A stretch of DNA of 64,000 bases, from positions 64,001 through 128,000 of the forward strand of contig CAWFJP010000002.1 in the NCBI GenBank assembly GCA_963816145.1. The letters run 5' to 3'. Numbering within the stretch: the first letter of the stretch is position 1; every line of letters starts with the position of its first letter. Below, piece after piece: positions 39,375 to 49,130 of the stretch. A model generated the notes under the pieces. That model searched no databases. It was not told the origin of the DNA and saw only the letters and a list, made by a program, of their open reading frames with translations. This DNA comes from an uncultured delta proteobacterium (GTDB lineage: Bacteria > Desulfobacterota > Binatia > UBA9968). The translations under genes and the position numbers were made by a program.

Positions 39375-39450
39375 CTCCCGCCAAGACGCCAAGCGCGCAA
39401 AGGTAAGAATTATTTGCCTGAACTTAGCGTCCTTAGCGGCTTTGCGGGAG
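39375..39450. repeat. Tandem-repeat hairpin, 8/9-bp unit CGCCAAG(N) with inverted arm (element E)
   Basis: ctcc cgccaaga cgccaagcg cgcaaag ... cctgaa cttagcgtc cttagcgg ctttgcg ggag. Confidence 0.85.
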
Positions 39451-39456
39451 TGACTC

Positions 39457-40407
39457 TTAATCAATATAACCCTTCTCGCGAAAATATTTCTTCGCCCCCG
39501 GATGAAGCGGGATGTTGAGTTGTCCCGCTTCGCCGCCGCGGCAAAATTCGCGGATGGTCATCGGCCGTTTGTCGAAATGATCGACCGGGATATGTTTGTG
39601 GCAAAGGTCGACCGCTCTGGCCATGTGGTAGGCGACCTTGTCAGATAAATCGGCATGGCAGAAAAATGTCCAGCCGCTGAAATCGACGCAGCGAATGGCT
39701 TGATCCAATTTCGGGTAATGCTTGCGCGTCAGCATGGCGCTGGGAAAACCCAACTTGGACATATGTTTGGCCGCGTTGTCGTCGATGGGCAAAAAGCGCA
39801 TCCCGGCTTTGAGCGCTGTCGGCCCCCAGCTTTTCACGCCTTCGTCAAATACCGCGTCGGCCTTGCCGGATAAAATCGCGTCGCGCCGTTCCGGGCCGCT
39901 CGGATTGGGAGCTTCCATGATCTTGCCGCCCCATTTCTCAATATCCCGGTAACTCATGCCATACGCCTTGAGCACTTCTTCGATAGCGTAGATCGTCGTT
40001 GCCAGTTTGCCGCGGCGGCGCGTCGAGATGCGTAGAGGATACTTCTGCTTTTTGACGTCTTCCAGCGATTTGATGCCGGTGTCTTTGCGCACGGCGAAGA
40101 TCAAGCGGTCCCAGGTCGGGAACACGCCGATGGCGCGCAGCGGGATTTTCTTCTTATAAAAGCCGCAGCCGAGATAGGCCATCGCCGACAAACCCACCGG
40201 ATTGCCGAAACCGAAGGTGTATTTCTTGTTGCCGACGAGGATCGCTGGCCCGGTGCCGCCCAACTCGGAGTCGCGCCAGCCCATGGCGATGTCGAGCTGC
40301 GACTGGCGCGGCAACTCAATGCTATTGAAAAACGTATAGCCGACGACGTTGGCGATATCGACGCGTTTCGAAGTTGCGGCAATGGAGAGTTTAATGGGTT
40401 TGTCCAT
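39457..40407 (-). CDS. TAXI-family TRAP solute-binding-fold protein (no signal peptide)
   Basis: GIKSLED, GKADAVFD, C-terminal IPLHPGAKKYFREKG. Confidence 0.82.
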   Translation of the reverse strand: MDKPIKLSIAATSKRVDIANVVGYTFFNSIELPRQSQLDIAMGWRDSELGGTGPAILVGNKKYTFGFGNPVGLSAMAYLGCGFYKKKIPLRAIGVFPTWDRLIFAVRKDTGIKSLEDVKKQKYPLRISTRRRGKLATTIYAIEEVLKAYGMSYRDIEKWGGKIMEAPNPSGPERRDAILSGKADAVFDEGVKSWGPTALKAGMRFLPIDDNAAKHMSKLGFPSAMLTRKHYPKLDQAIRCVDFSGWTFFCHADLSDKVAYHMARAVDLCHKHIPVDHFDKRPMTIREFCRGGEAGQLNIPLHPGAKKYFREKGYID

Positions 40408-40451
40408 GATGTCGTCCTCGTGAAATGTTTTGGTTTAATGGGTCGGAATCC

Positions 40452-40533
40452 TCACCACGAAGAGCACGAAGGACACGAAGGTTTCGGATAATTGTTTTTC
40501 CGAACTTCGTGATCTTCGTGTCCTTCGTGGTGA
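40452..40533. repeat. Tandem-repeat hairpin, 9-bp unit CACGAAGNN with inverted arm (element F)
   Basis: tcac cacgaagag cacgaagga cacgaag gtttcgga ... tccgaa cttcgtgat cttcgtgtc cttcgtggtga. Confidence 0.9.
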
Positions 40534-40556
40534 ACCAGTATTTTCCTCGCTGGCGA

Positions 40557-40997
40557 TCAACTCGCCTGCCGTGGACGCCGACCGCCGGGGCGGGCGAAGT
40601 GGAGCTCGAGATAATTGCCTTCGGAGTCGAACATGTAAATGGTGTTGCCGCTGTCGCGCTCGACGCTGCGGTGGAATTTGCCAAGCTCTTTGGCCTGTTT
40701 CAATGCCGTGTCGTAATCTTCCCAGGCCACGCTGAAGGCTTGGTGGGTGATGCCGTCCTGATCGACGGCGTCGCGGTTGAGCGGACGCGGCCGGGCGAAC
40801 AGGACGATGTCATAATCGCCGCAGTGCAGCCGGTCGAGCTTTTGCGCCACGCCGTGCACCGGAAATGAATCCGGATTGTTCGGGTTGCCGCCAACCCGGC
40901 CTAAATATTCCATGCCCAACACCTGGGTGTAAAACTCCTTGGCGCGATCTAAGTCATCGACCGGGATGCCCATGTGGTAAACTTTGGTGAGTTTCAT
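40557..40997 (-). CDS. VOC (glyoxalase/bleomycin-resistance) family protein
   Basis: YHMGIPVDDLDRAKEFY, HQAF, YMFDSEGNYLE. Confidence 0.88.
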   Translation of the reverse strand: MKLTKVYHMGIPVDDLDRAKEFYTQVLGMEYLGRVGGNPNNPDSFPVHGVAQKLDRLHCGDYDIVLFARPRPLNRDAVDQDGITHQAFSVAWEDYDTALKQAKELGKFHRSVERDSGNTIYMFDSEGNYLELHFARPGGRRPRQAS

Positions 40998-41297
40998 TGT
41001 GTTTGTCCTTTCAAGTTCGCTGGATCAAAACGCTCGCCGTGATCGGCGGGCGGACATGCCAATCTGGAATTTATATAATAAACTGAGGAATCTGCAAACT
41101 TCCGTCGTTCAGCTCGGCTCAGTGCAGAGTACCCGCTCTGCGGATCTACGTGATGGTCGTCGATTCAAATTTGGTGAAATTTCGCGAGTTGAGAAAAACG
41201 GGCGGGTGTCAATGTCACGTCATTCTAAAGAGAAAGTCCGCAAATCAAAGTTCGCCCCGGTTCCCGAACCGGTATTCATGATCAATTTATGCGCGGG

Positions 41298-41618
41298 TCA
41301 TCGCTCAACTGGGATGGGCTCCGCGGCACTGGCCGCACGTGGTGTGAATCCTTCCATTGAGACCGTGTATTTGTTGGCCTGAGCATGGTAGCGGGTACAA
41401 GACTGGGTGGTGTAGTAGCCTCTGACATTCACGGCCGGTGGTGACTTTATCGGGAAACAAGCGGCGGGCCGGCTCAGCATGCACTCACGTGTTAACATTT
41501 CCTCAACGAAGGTGACGTGTCCGTCATAGGCGCCATAGATCCAAGTTCGGGTAAACTTCTTGCCGTGGAATTCAGCGCTCGTCGGGTCGATCAGGTGATT
41601 GCCCATTGCCGGCGCCAC
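41298..41618 (-). pseudogene. 5'-truncated remnant of a DUF5602-like protein
   Basis: MGNHLIDPTSAEFHGKKFTRTWIYGAYDG..TF.E resembles the C-terminal half of DUF5602-type proteins; no N-terminal half or RBS. Confidence 0.5.
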
Positions 41619-41713
41619 CGCTGCGGCATTGGTATGGATTTAGCCGTATGGTCAGTTGCAGGATGAAGGCGGTACGCTGACGGTTCGTCTTGATTCGCGG
41701 TTACAGTGTTGCG

Positions 41714-42898
41714 TTATTCAAACTTCTCGTATGGCAGGCCGACATAATTTTCCGCAAACACAGTTCTCCCGGCTTCGGATGCGGTCAGGTAATCAAGCTC
41801 GGAGATTTGTAAACGCCTGCTCATGGGATCGTCGTCAAATTTATGCAGAAGGGATGTATACCACCACGAAAAGCGGATCGCCTTCCAAACGCGGCGCAGG
41901 GCTGTTTCAGAATAACGATCGAGCAGGTCAGTTCGTTTTTCTTGATAATAGGCGCGCAGGGCACGGGAGAGATAATAAATATCCGAAGCGGCAAGGTTCA
42001 ATCCTTTTGCGCCTGTCGGCGGGACGATGTGCGCGGCATCGCCTGCCAGGAAGAGCCGACCAAAGCGCATCGGTTCAGCGACAAAACTATGCAGGGGCGT
42101 GATGCTCATTTCGAGACGGGGACCGGTTGTAACAGAATCAGCCGCATCGGGAGGAAGGCGGCGGCGCAGTTCATCCCAAAAGGCATCGTCGCTCCAATTA
42201 TCCACTTTATCTTCGGTCTCGCATTGAACATAGTAGCGACTGCGGGTGTGGGAGCGCATACTGCACAAGGCAAAGCCGCGTGCATGGTTGGCATAGAGGA
42301 GTTCATCCATGACAGGCGGCACATCGGAGAGAATTCCCAGCCAGCTGAACGGATAGGTTTTTTCAAAGGTTTTGATTTTATCTGCTGGGAGGCTTTGACG
42401 CGCAACGCCATGATAGCCATCACATCCGGCGACAAAATCGCAGACGAGTTCCCGGCGTTGGCCGTTTTGCTGGTATAGGATTCGTGGGGAATTCGTATCG
42501 CATCCTTCCACGTTGATGGCTGGCGCGTCGTAGTGGACCATTCCCCCTGCCTCTTCGATATGCGCTTTCATCAGGTCGTGGGTGATTTCGGTCTGGCCGT
42601 AGACCATCACAACTTTTCCATTGGTATGTTTGGGAAAATCAAACCGATCCAGCCGGCCGTCAAAGGCGATATTGATACCCTCGTGGATCAAACCCTCGCG
42701 ATCCATACGTTCGCCCGCTTTGGCTTCCCGCAACAAATCCGCCATGCCTTGTTCAATCACACCAGCGCGAATCCGGCCGAGCACATAATCGCGGCTGCGA
42801 CTCTCGATAATGACCGTGTCGATTCCTTGCAGATGGAGCAATCGTGCAAGCAGCAGGCCGGCTGGTCCTGATCCGATGATTCCGACTTGAGTTCTCAT
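41714..42898 (-). CDS. pobA: 4-hydroxybenzoate 3-monooxygenase
   Basis: MRTQVGIIGSGPAG, RIRAGV, GCDGYHG, YANHARGFALCSMRS..RSRYY, AGDAAHIVPPTGAKGLN, AENYVGLP. Confidence 0.96.
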   Translation of the reverse strand: MRTQVGIIGSGPAGLLLARLLHLQGIDTVIIESRSRDYVLGRIRAGVIEQGMADLLREAKAGERMDREGLIHEGINIAFDGRLDRFDFPKHTNGKVVMVYGQTEITHDLMKAHIEEAGGMVHYDAPAINVEGCDTNSPRILYQQNGQRRELVCDFVAGCDGYHGVARQSLPADKIKTFEKTYPFSWLGILSDVPPVMDELLYANHARGFALCSMRSHTRSRYYVQCETEDKVDNWSDDAFWDELRRRLPPDAADSVTTGPRLEMSITPLHSFVAEPMRFGRLFLAGDAAHIVPPTGAKGLNLAASDIYYLSRALRAYYQEKRTDLLDRYSETALRRVWKAIRFSWWYTSLLHKFDDDPMSRRLQISELDYLTASEAGRTVFAENYVGLPYEKFE

Positions 42899-43480
42899 GT
42901 TTGTTCCTGTCACTTATTCAATCCCAAGCTCCGGATATTTCAACACTCCAATTCTATCTGGCACTCGCCTTCATGGCGCAGGTCGCGAACCTCGTTGACG
43001 GTATTCGATAAGCCGGTTCTATACAAACTTAATCGGCTTGGATAGACAGGGATCAATCTTTCCTCAGGCTAGGGCACAGAAAACGGAATTTAGCTGGAAG
43101 TTAAGAAGTATAATTCCTAGCCAGCAACCGGTGCGATTTACCGGACATGCGACTTGAGGAATTACCGAGTATCTCAAATACCAAGTCGCCGCCATGTTCG
43201 AGTCAACTTGTAAACGGTTGGGAGCGCGTCCCGAGTTGGCAGATCCAAGTTCAGACGCAACAATCTCGGCGCCTGGCGCGGTGAGCGGTTGAAACAAACC
43301 ACGGAGCAAGCCGAGAAGTTTCTTCACTCAATCAGCGTAACCGATCCAAGAATACGGCGACGCCCGCATCGGCTCCCCTTGTCAAATCACAGGTCATAAG
43401 ATAATTGGAAGCATGGTCCGAAAAGATATTTTCAAATTCGCGAGATCGCAGACCTAATCTGCGATTCCAAAGGAGATATC

Positions 43481-44056
43481 ATGTCGTCCATTCGCCCGAC
43501 AAAGTTCGCCCACGTGCTTTACCGCACCCGCCGTTTCGAGCAGATGTTGCGCTGGTATGAAACCGTTTTCGACGCCAAGGTCCAGTACCAGAACCCAGCG
43601 CTGGCGTTCCTGACCTATGATGACGAACACCACCGATTTGCGTTTGCCAACTTGTCGATTCTCCAGCCTGACGGCGCCGAGACCGATCGTCAGGGAATGA
43701 TCGGTGTCGACCACGTCGCCTATACTTATGCGTCCTTGAACGACCTCTTGGAAAAATACGCGCAACTCAAGGGGAACGGAATCTGTCCATACTGGAGCGT
43801 CCATCACGGCATCACGGTTTCGATGTACTACGCCGATCCCGACGGCAATCAGATGGAGTTTCAGGTCGATAGTTTCAGTTCGAGTGAAGACACCATCGCT
43901 TTCATGAACAGTCAGTTCAGCACCAACCCCATCGGTGTCGAGTACGACCCCGACGACTGGCTTGCACGTCTGCGCGCCGGGGCGCCGGTGGCCGATTTTC
44001 TGAAGCGCCAGGTACACGAACCCATGTCGCAGATCCGGGGCTCGATTTCCAGTTAG
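43481..44056 (+). CDS. VOC family protein (BphC/catechol-dioxygenase-related)
   Basis: FAHVLYRT, DEHHR, DHVAYTY, HHGITVSMYYADPDGNQMEFQ; AAGGAG RBS. Confidence 0.88.
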   Translation: MSSIRPTKFAHVLYRTRRFEQMLRWYETVFDAKVQYQNPALAFLTYDDEHHRFAFANLSILQPDGAETDRQGMIGVDHVAYTYASLNDLLEKYAQLKGNGICPYWSVHHGITVSMYYADPDGNQMEFQVDSFSSSEDTIAFMNSQFSTNPIGVEYDPDDWLARLRAGAPVADFLKRQVHEPMSQIRGSISS

Positions 44057-44239
44057 TTCGGCACCTCAATACAATTTACTCAGTCGGCGTAATATCGTCG
44101 TTCCGGGCAGCCTTGGGCGTTGTTTCAATCACCCCGGGCTTTTGCTGCGTCAGTTCATCGAAATCCAAGGTCGGTCCGTGACTCTGGCGCTTTCCAATCT
44201 AACTGAATGCCATCAACTTCGAACCCGCAGCTTAGCTTT

Positions 44240-45555
44240 ATGAAAATACTTCCCAGCCATCAACTGAGTTGGATTGTCGCCGTGGTCTGCATGGCAATCA
44301 CGACTGTTCTTTGGGCTGCTGCTCGATTTCCCGGGGCGATGCCGGCTAACTATCTGCCCTGGCGTGCGCTTTCACAGCTTACCATTCTGTGGTCAGTAAC
44401 CTTAATGGCGATCGCCATGATCGCGGTTGTGCGCGCCCACGCCTTCGAGCCGGTTTTTGGCGGTCTCGATCGGGCCGTACGTTTCCATAGAATCGTCGGG
44501 CCATCAGCGATCGTTCTTCTCATCGCACATGTAATTCTTTTGGCTCTTGACGCGCTTCGAAATGGCGCTTCGATCGGCGATTTATTCATCCCTTTTTGGT
44601 CGCAGTCGGCACGTTCGATCGATATTCTCGCCTTCTATCTGCTCTTACTGCTCGGAGGCCTTGCCTATGATCACCGTATGAGCTACGAGCGCTGGCTGTT
44701 TCTTCATCGGTTTCTCGGCCCACTTTTCCTCGCTGGCACGGCGCATGCGGCCATGGAACCTGGAACGATCGCGGATTTCGAGCCGTTGAGGACGTGGATA
44801 GTGATTCTCGTACTGGCTGGAGGGGGCGCGTGGCTCTATCGCGTGCTGCTGTTCGACCGGCTGGGGCCACGCTATTATTATCGTCTCGCAGCGGTCACTT
44901 CACGCGGAAACGATATCGTTGAACTGGTGATGCGTCCGGTCGACCGGCGCATGATGTACGAACCCGGGACTTTTGTCTTCCTGCGGGTGCCGGATTTGGA
45001 AGGGCCGAAAAAGAACTTCATCCATTTTCCCTCACCTCTTCTCCGGTTGATCGGGACCTGCGCTTGTCGATCCGCATGATCGGAGATTTCACACGCCGTT
45101 TAGTCTCGCTCGACACCGGCAAGCAGGTTGAAGTATATGGTCCGTTCGGCGGCTTCACCCCGCACCGCTTTGCTCGTTACCGTCGTCTCGTCTGCATCGG
45201 CGCAGGCGTTGGCATCACGCCATTTCTCGGCATGCTCGCTTTTGAAGTTAGTAATCGGGATTTCCGGAGGATCTGGCTCTACTACGTCGTCCGCAACAAC
45301 GAGGACGCGGTCTACGACACAGAAATTAGCCAGAGCTACTTGAATGCGGAATCCTATGTTGACTATGTTTTGTGGGCAACGGCGCGCCAGGGAAGGATCA
45401 CCGCCGCTGCAATTGCCGCCGAGATCGCACCCCTGGATGACTACGCCGTAATGCTGTGCGGCCAGATAAGCTTCGTTTCGGAGCTTACCTGGCAGTTCCG
45501 AGAGCTCGGCATACCGTCCGACCGGATTATCACCGAAGAGTTCGAATTTCGCTAG
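44240..45555 (+). pseudogene. Ferric-reductase-like TM + FAD/NAD-binding oxidoreductase, split by a -1 frameshift at about 45008-45013
   Basis: Heme His pairs (RFH...AH; LH...AH) lie in ORF 44207-45079. The -1 frame continues ELHPFSLTS...GPFGGF...GAGVGITPF...MLCG...EEFEFR. Confidence 0.78.
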
Positions 45556-45595
45556 CCGTTGCAATAACTCTGAGCGCGGTAAAGATAGAGCGGCG

Positions 45596-45931
45596 TTACC
45601 GAAAGCTATTCAACGCCTCGTCTCTTGAACCCAGTATCGAAAGAATGGAGAAAAAGCCGACGATGTCAAAGACTTCCTTGACGGGTTCCTGCAAGGAGCA
45701 AAGCACCAGCTTGCCCCCCGCAGGATTCAAACGTTTGGACGCGAGGAGAAAGACTCTGAGCCCCGCGCTGCTGCAATAGTCGAGCTGGGAGAGATCAATC
45801 ACGAGTCGTGTTTCTCCCGCGTCGATCGTCGCAAGAGTTTTTTCCTCAAACATCTTCGAGGTGATGGCATCGAGGCGTCCTTCCAGACCGATAATTAGCA
45901 CACCTTCGTTTCTCTCTTCGTAAATGTTCAT
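45596..45931 (-). CDS. STAS anti-anti-sigma factor (RsbV/SpoIIAA-like)
   Basis: GRLDA, DLSQLDYCSSAGLRV with the phosphorylatable Ser. Confidence 0.92.
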   Translation of the reverse strand: MNIYEERNEGVLIIGLEGRLDAITSKMFEEKTLATIDAGETRLVIDLSQLDYCSSAGLRVFLLASKRLNPAGGKLVLCSLQEPVKEVFDIVGFFSILSILGSRDEALNSFR

Positions 45932-46356
45932 GGTTGAGCTCCTTTCAAATTTATTCTCATAACCAGGCGGTTTTTGTCGTTCTGCCTGCGATATTCCAAT
46001 TCATCGATCAACTTGCGCACAAGGTGAATTCCCAAGCCGCCGATCGGTCGCGCCACGAGTGATTGTTTCGTGTTCGCCTCGGGGGACTCTAAAGGATTGA
46101 AGGGCCTGCCGCCATCCTCCACTTCGGCGGTCCATTTTCCCTGTTCCAGGGAGAAGCGAGCGGTAATGTGATGCTCCCCGGGATCGTCGTAGCCATAAGA
46201 GATAACGTTGGTCAGAATCTCGTCCAAAGCGAGTTTCATGTTGTATACGATTTTCACCTCGATTTGATGGCGTCGGCCGAAATCGTCGACTATACGCGCG
46301 AGTCGTGCTATCTCGGAGAGCTGGTTTTTGAGATCCACAGCGACGACTTCACTCAT
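45928..46356 (-). CDS. Anti-sigma Ser/Thr kinase (RsbW-like HATPase)
   Basis: LALDEILTNVISYG, EDGGRPFNP, GGLGIHLVR. Confidence 0.92.
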   Translation of the reverse strand: MSEVVAVDLKNQLSEIARLARIVDDFGRRHQIEVKIVYNMKLALDEILTNVISYGYDDPGEHHITARFSLEQGKWTAEVEDGGRPFNPLESPEANTKQSLVARPIGGLGIHLVRKLIDELEYRRQNDKNRLVMRINLKGAQP

Positions 46357-47888
46357 GATTGCGCCACTTTCAGCAGGAATTTCAAGGCCAAGACGGTAAT
46401 GTCGTCCGACTGGGGAGTGCCGGCAGAATGGCTCCTTACATTCTCGACGGTGCCGTGAACGATCTCGGAAACGGAGGAACTGTTGGCCCGATGTAAAAAA
46501 TCCTCCAAACGAAGTTCAGAATATTGATTCCCGCCCTCATCCATCGCTTCGGTTACGCCGTCGGTGTAAAGAAAAAGTCGATCCCCGCCCTGCAGCCTGA
46601 CTTTCTCCGACCGGAAGGTCGCGTCTTCCATAATACCCAGCGCCATCCCGCCGGTATTCTTCAAAGGCTTGATTTCATCCTGGCTGACAAAGTAGGGAAG
46701 ATTGTGGCCGCCATTGCTGTATTCCACCTCTCCTGTGCGAGTATCCAAATTGGCGCAAAAAACGGTGACGAACATGCATGAATCATTGTCCTGGCACAGC
46801 TCGCGATTTAACAAGGACAAAATTTCATCCGGCCGGCTCACTTTGCCGGCAGTAGTCCTAAAAAGGGTCCTGGTCACGGCCATAAATAAAGCCGCAGGAA
46901 TCCCTTTACCCGATACATCGCCGATCGCGAAATAGAGGTGGTTGTCGTCGATGAAAAAGAAATCATAAAAGTCTCCCCCTACTTCCCGCGCCGGAACCAG
47001 CGTCGCGTAAAGGTCAAACTCGGGTCTGTGCGGAAACGGAGGAAATAGCTTTGGCACCATGCTCATCTGGATGTCGTGGGCAATTTTGAGTTCGCTTTCA
47101 ATCCGTTCTCTGATCGCCGTGGTTTCCTTGAGTTCTTTCACGGACTGCCTGAGCGAACGCTCCATCGTAATGAAAGATTCGGCCAGTTTTCCCACTTCGT
47201 CGCGGGAATTGGCGGGCAAATGGCTGATCTCCGACGGCCCATTCTCCGGTTCGGAAAAGTCCTGAGTGGCCAACGTCCCGGCGTGGTCCGCGAGCTGTTT
47301 GAGCGGTTGAGATATCCGCTTCACCAGCACATAGGCAGTGAGCACGCTCAATAGAAAAATCGCAAACATGAGCCCCTGCTGGGTCGCCACGGTTGACCAG
47401 ATGCGCGCACGGATTATGGTCCTATCCATTCCGACATGCACGTATCCCGCGACGCCAGCCAGAATTGGCAGGGCGACATCGAGGAAGTCACCCATTCCTT
47501 CAATGCTGAGGTTGCTCGTTACCGCGCCGCCGTTAAAGGCTTGAGTTTGAGTCCGTCTCTGCAGTTCCACAACATCACCGGGTACCGCAGGAACAAAAGT
47601 ATGGGAGATGGCCTCCCCTTGTCCGTCGAAGACGATTACATAGGAAACTCCCTCGATCTCGGTGAACTGGTCCACCACCGACTGGATCGTCGACACATCG
47701 GCATTCAATAACAGTTCGACACTTGAGTCGGCGATGCTTTTTGCGATCGCCACGCCCTTGCTTCGATACTCTTGGGTAAGGTTTCGGTAAAGGTTCCAGC
47801 CCGATAAAATCGACGTGGCGGTGGCAATGATCCCGAACAAAACAACGATGAGCACAAGGGTCTTGGTAAAGAGGCTCGCCCGGGTCAT
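46353..47888 (-). CDS. Membrane PP2C/SpoIIE phosphatase with extracytoplasmic sensor and HAMP (RsbU-like)
   Basis: 2 TM + HAMP (DEVGKLA), VGGDFYD, GDVSGKG, YTDGVTE, SDDIT. Confidence 0.92.
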   Translation of the reverse strand: MTRASLFTKTLVLIVVLFGIIATATSILSGWNLYRNLTQEYRSKGVAIAKSIADSSVELLLNADVSTIQSVVDQFTEIEGVSYVIVFDGQGEAISHTFVPAVPGDVVELQRRTQTQAFNGGAVTSNLSIEGMGDFLDVALPILAGVAGYVHVGMDRTIIRARIWSTVATQQGLMFAIFLLSVLTAYVLVKRISQPLKQLADHAGTLATQDFSEPENGPSEISHLPANSRDEVGKLAESFITMERSLRQSVKELKETTAIRERIESELKIAHDIQMSMVPKLFPPFPHRPEFDLYATLVPAREVGGDFYDFFFIDDNHLYFAIGDVSGKGIPAALFMAVTRTLFRTTAGKVSRPDEILSLLNRELCQDNDSCMFVTVFCANLDTRTGEVEYSNGGHNLPYFVSQDEIKPLKNTGGMALGIMEDATFRSEKVRLQGGDRLFLYTDGVTEAMDEGGNQYSELRLEDFLHRANSSSVSEIVHGTVENVRSHSAGTPQSDDITVLALKFLLKVAQS

Positions 47889-49120
47889 TTCTCCCACCCC
47901 CGCCAATCCGACAACGGAACAAACCGTTCCCCTTTCATTGTGGTGTAATAGACTTTGTCCAACCCCTGGTGTTTCTGCGGTCCGAAAGCGACCGGCGCAT
48001 CGATTCCCAAATCGGCACTTTTGATGCTTTCGACGGTTTCTTTAATGCGGCTTTTTGTTGGACCTGGTCCCATTCGTTTCAGGACTTCAACGAGAAGTTT
48101 TGCGTTAAGAAAACCCTCGAAACCGACATAGCTGTGAGGCAGCGGTGCATATCCCACTTCGGTAAGATCCTGAGGCGGGAGTGGTTGGTATTTATCCATT
48201 AGCTGGCGATATTCCCGCACCGCCGGCAGAGCGGTATCCTGATAACTGGGCACCACCTGCGAATTGATGAGATCTTTCTGAAAGTCCTTGCCCGCGGTCC
48301 GACTGCTTTGAAGCAATAGCTCCGCCATGTTCTCACTGCCGACAAAAGAGAGATTGGCGATCGGAATATTGAGCCCTGCAATCCGCGCATCTCTGATAAA
48401 CGCGGCGCAGACGGCGTAAGCCCCGATCGAGATGATAACATCAGCGGACGCTTTCTTGATGATCTCGACTTGCTCCTTGAAACTCTCAGAGTATTCGGCT
48501 CCTCTCCGATAGGTCGCTTCGCCAACCAATTTAAGACCAAATTTTTTCGCTAGAGCTTTTTTGACGCCGTCCCATCCGCTTCTTCCATAGGCATCGGCTT
48601 GATAGAAAACCGCGAGCCTGCTTCTGCCAGCAGAGACAAAGTTGTCGACCAACCCCTTGGTTTCATCGCTGTACGAAGCCCGCAGATTGAAAACATATTC
48701 TCCATAAGGAGGCTGCCTGAGGGGCTCGGCTCCGGTAAACGGAGTAAAAAGATAGACGAACCTACCTTTGTAGCTCTTTAGGAGGGGCAGCATCCTCGTC
48801 GCTGTCGGAGTCCCGACATAGTTGAAAAGCAGAAATGCATTGTCCTGCTCAATGAGTTTTATGGTGTTTCGAATCGCAGGGAGGGGGTTATAGCCGTCAT
48901 CGTAGGCCTTGATAACGATCTTCTGGCCGTAAATTCCTCCCGTTCGATTGACCTGCTCTAGGTAGGCGATCGAACCCCGGTAAAGCTCGATGCCGAGGCC
49001 TTTCGAGGGACCGGTAAATGCCGCGGACATGCCGATCACGATGTTTTCAGCAAGAAGTCTCGCGGGAAGAAACAAGAGAAGGATCAAAAAAATGATCGGT
49101 CGAATTCGATCGTTACTCAT
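47885..49120 (-). CDS. LIV-type (PBP1) periplasmic ligand-binding protein
   Basis: Signal peptide, IGMSAAFTGP, YDDGYNP, NYVGTPT, NLRASY, SQVVP; ATGA-coupled to the phosphatase. Confidence 0.88.
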   Translation of the reverse strand: MSNDRIRPIIFLILLLFLPARLLAENIVIGMSAAFTGPSKGLGIELYRGSIAYLEQVNRTGGIYGQKIVIKAYDDGYNPLPAIRNTIKLIEQDNAFLLFNYVGTPTATRMLPLLKSYKGRFVYLFTPFTGAEPLRQPPYGEYVFNLRASYSDETKGLVDNFVSAGRSRLAVFYQADAYGRSGWDGVKKALAKKFGLKLVGEATYRRGAEYSESFKEQVEIIKKASADVIISIGAYAVCAAFIRDARIAGLNIPIANLSFVGSENMAELLLQSSRTAGKDFQKDLINSQVVPSYQDTALPAVREYRQLMDKYQPLPPQDLTEVGYAPLPHSYVGFEGFLNAKLLVEVLKRMGPGPTKSRIKETVESIKSADLGIDAPVAFGPQKHQGLDKVYYTTMKGERFVPLSDWRGWEK

Positions 49121-49130
49121 GCGCGGCCAA

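Noticed and set aside
28778-40533. Short periodic repeats as a CRISPR array
   Set aside because: Units are 7-9 bp with 0-3 nt linkers and inverted arms; there are no 23-47 bp repeats with unique spacers and no cas genes.
43064-43327. 87-aa minus-strand ORF
   Set aside because: No family signature; only a weak integrase-like fragment in another frame, reported as low-confidence inference.
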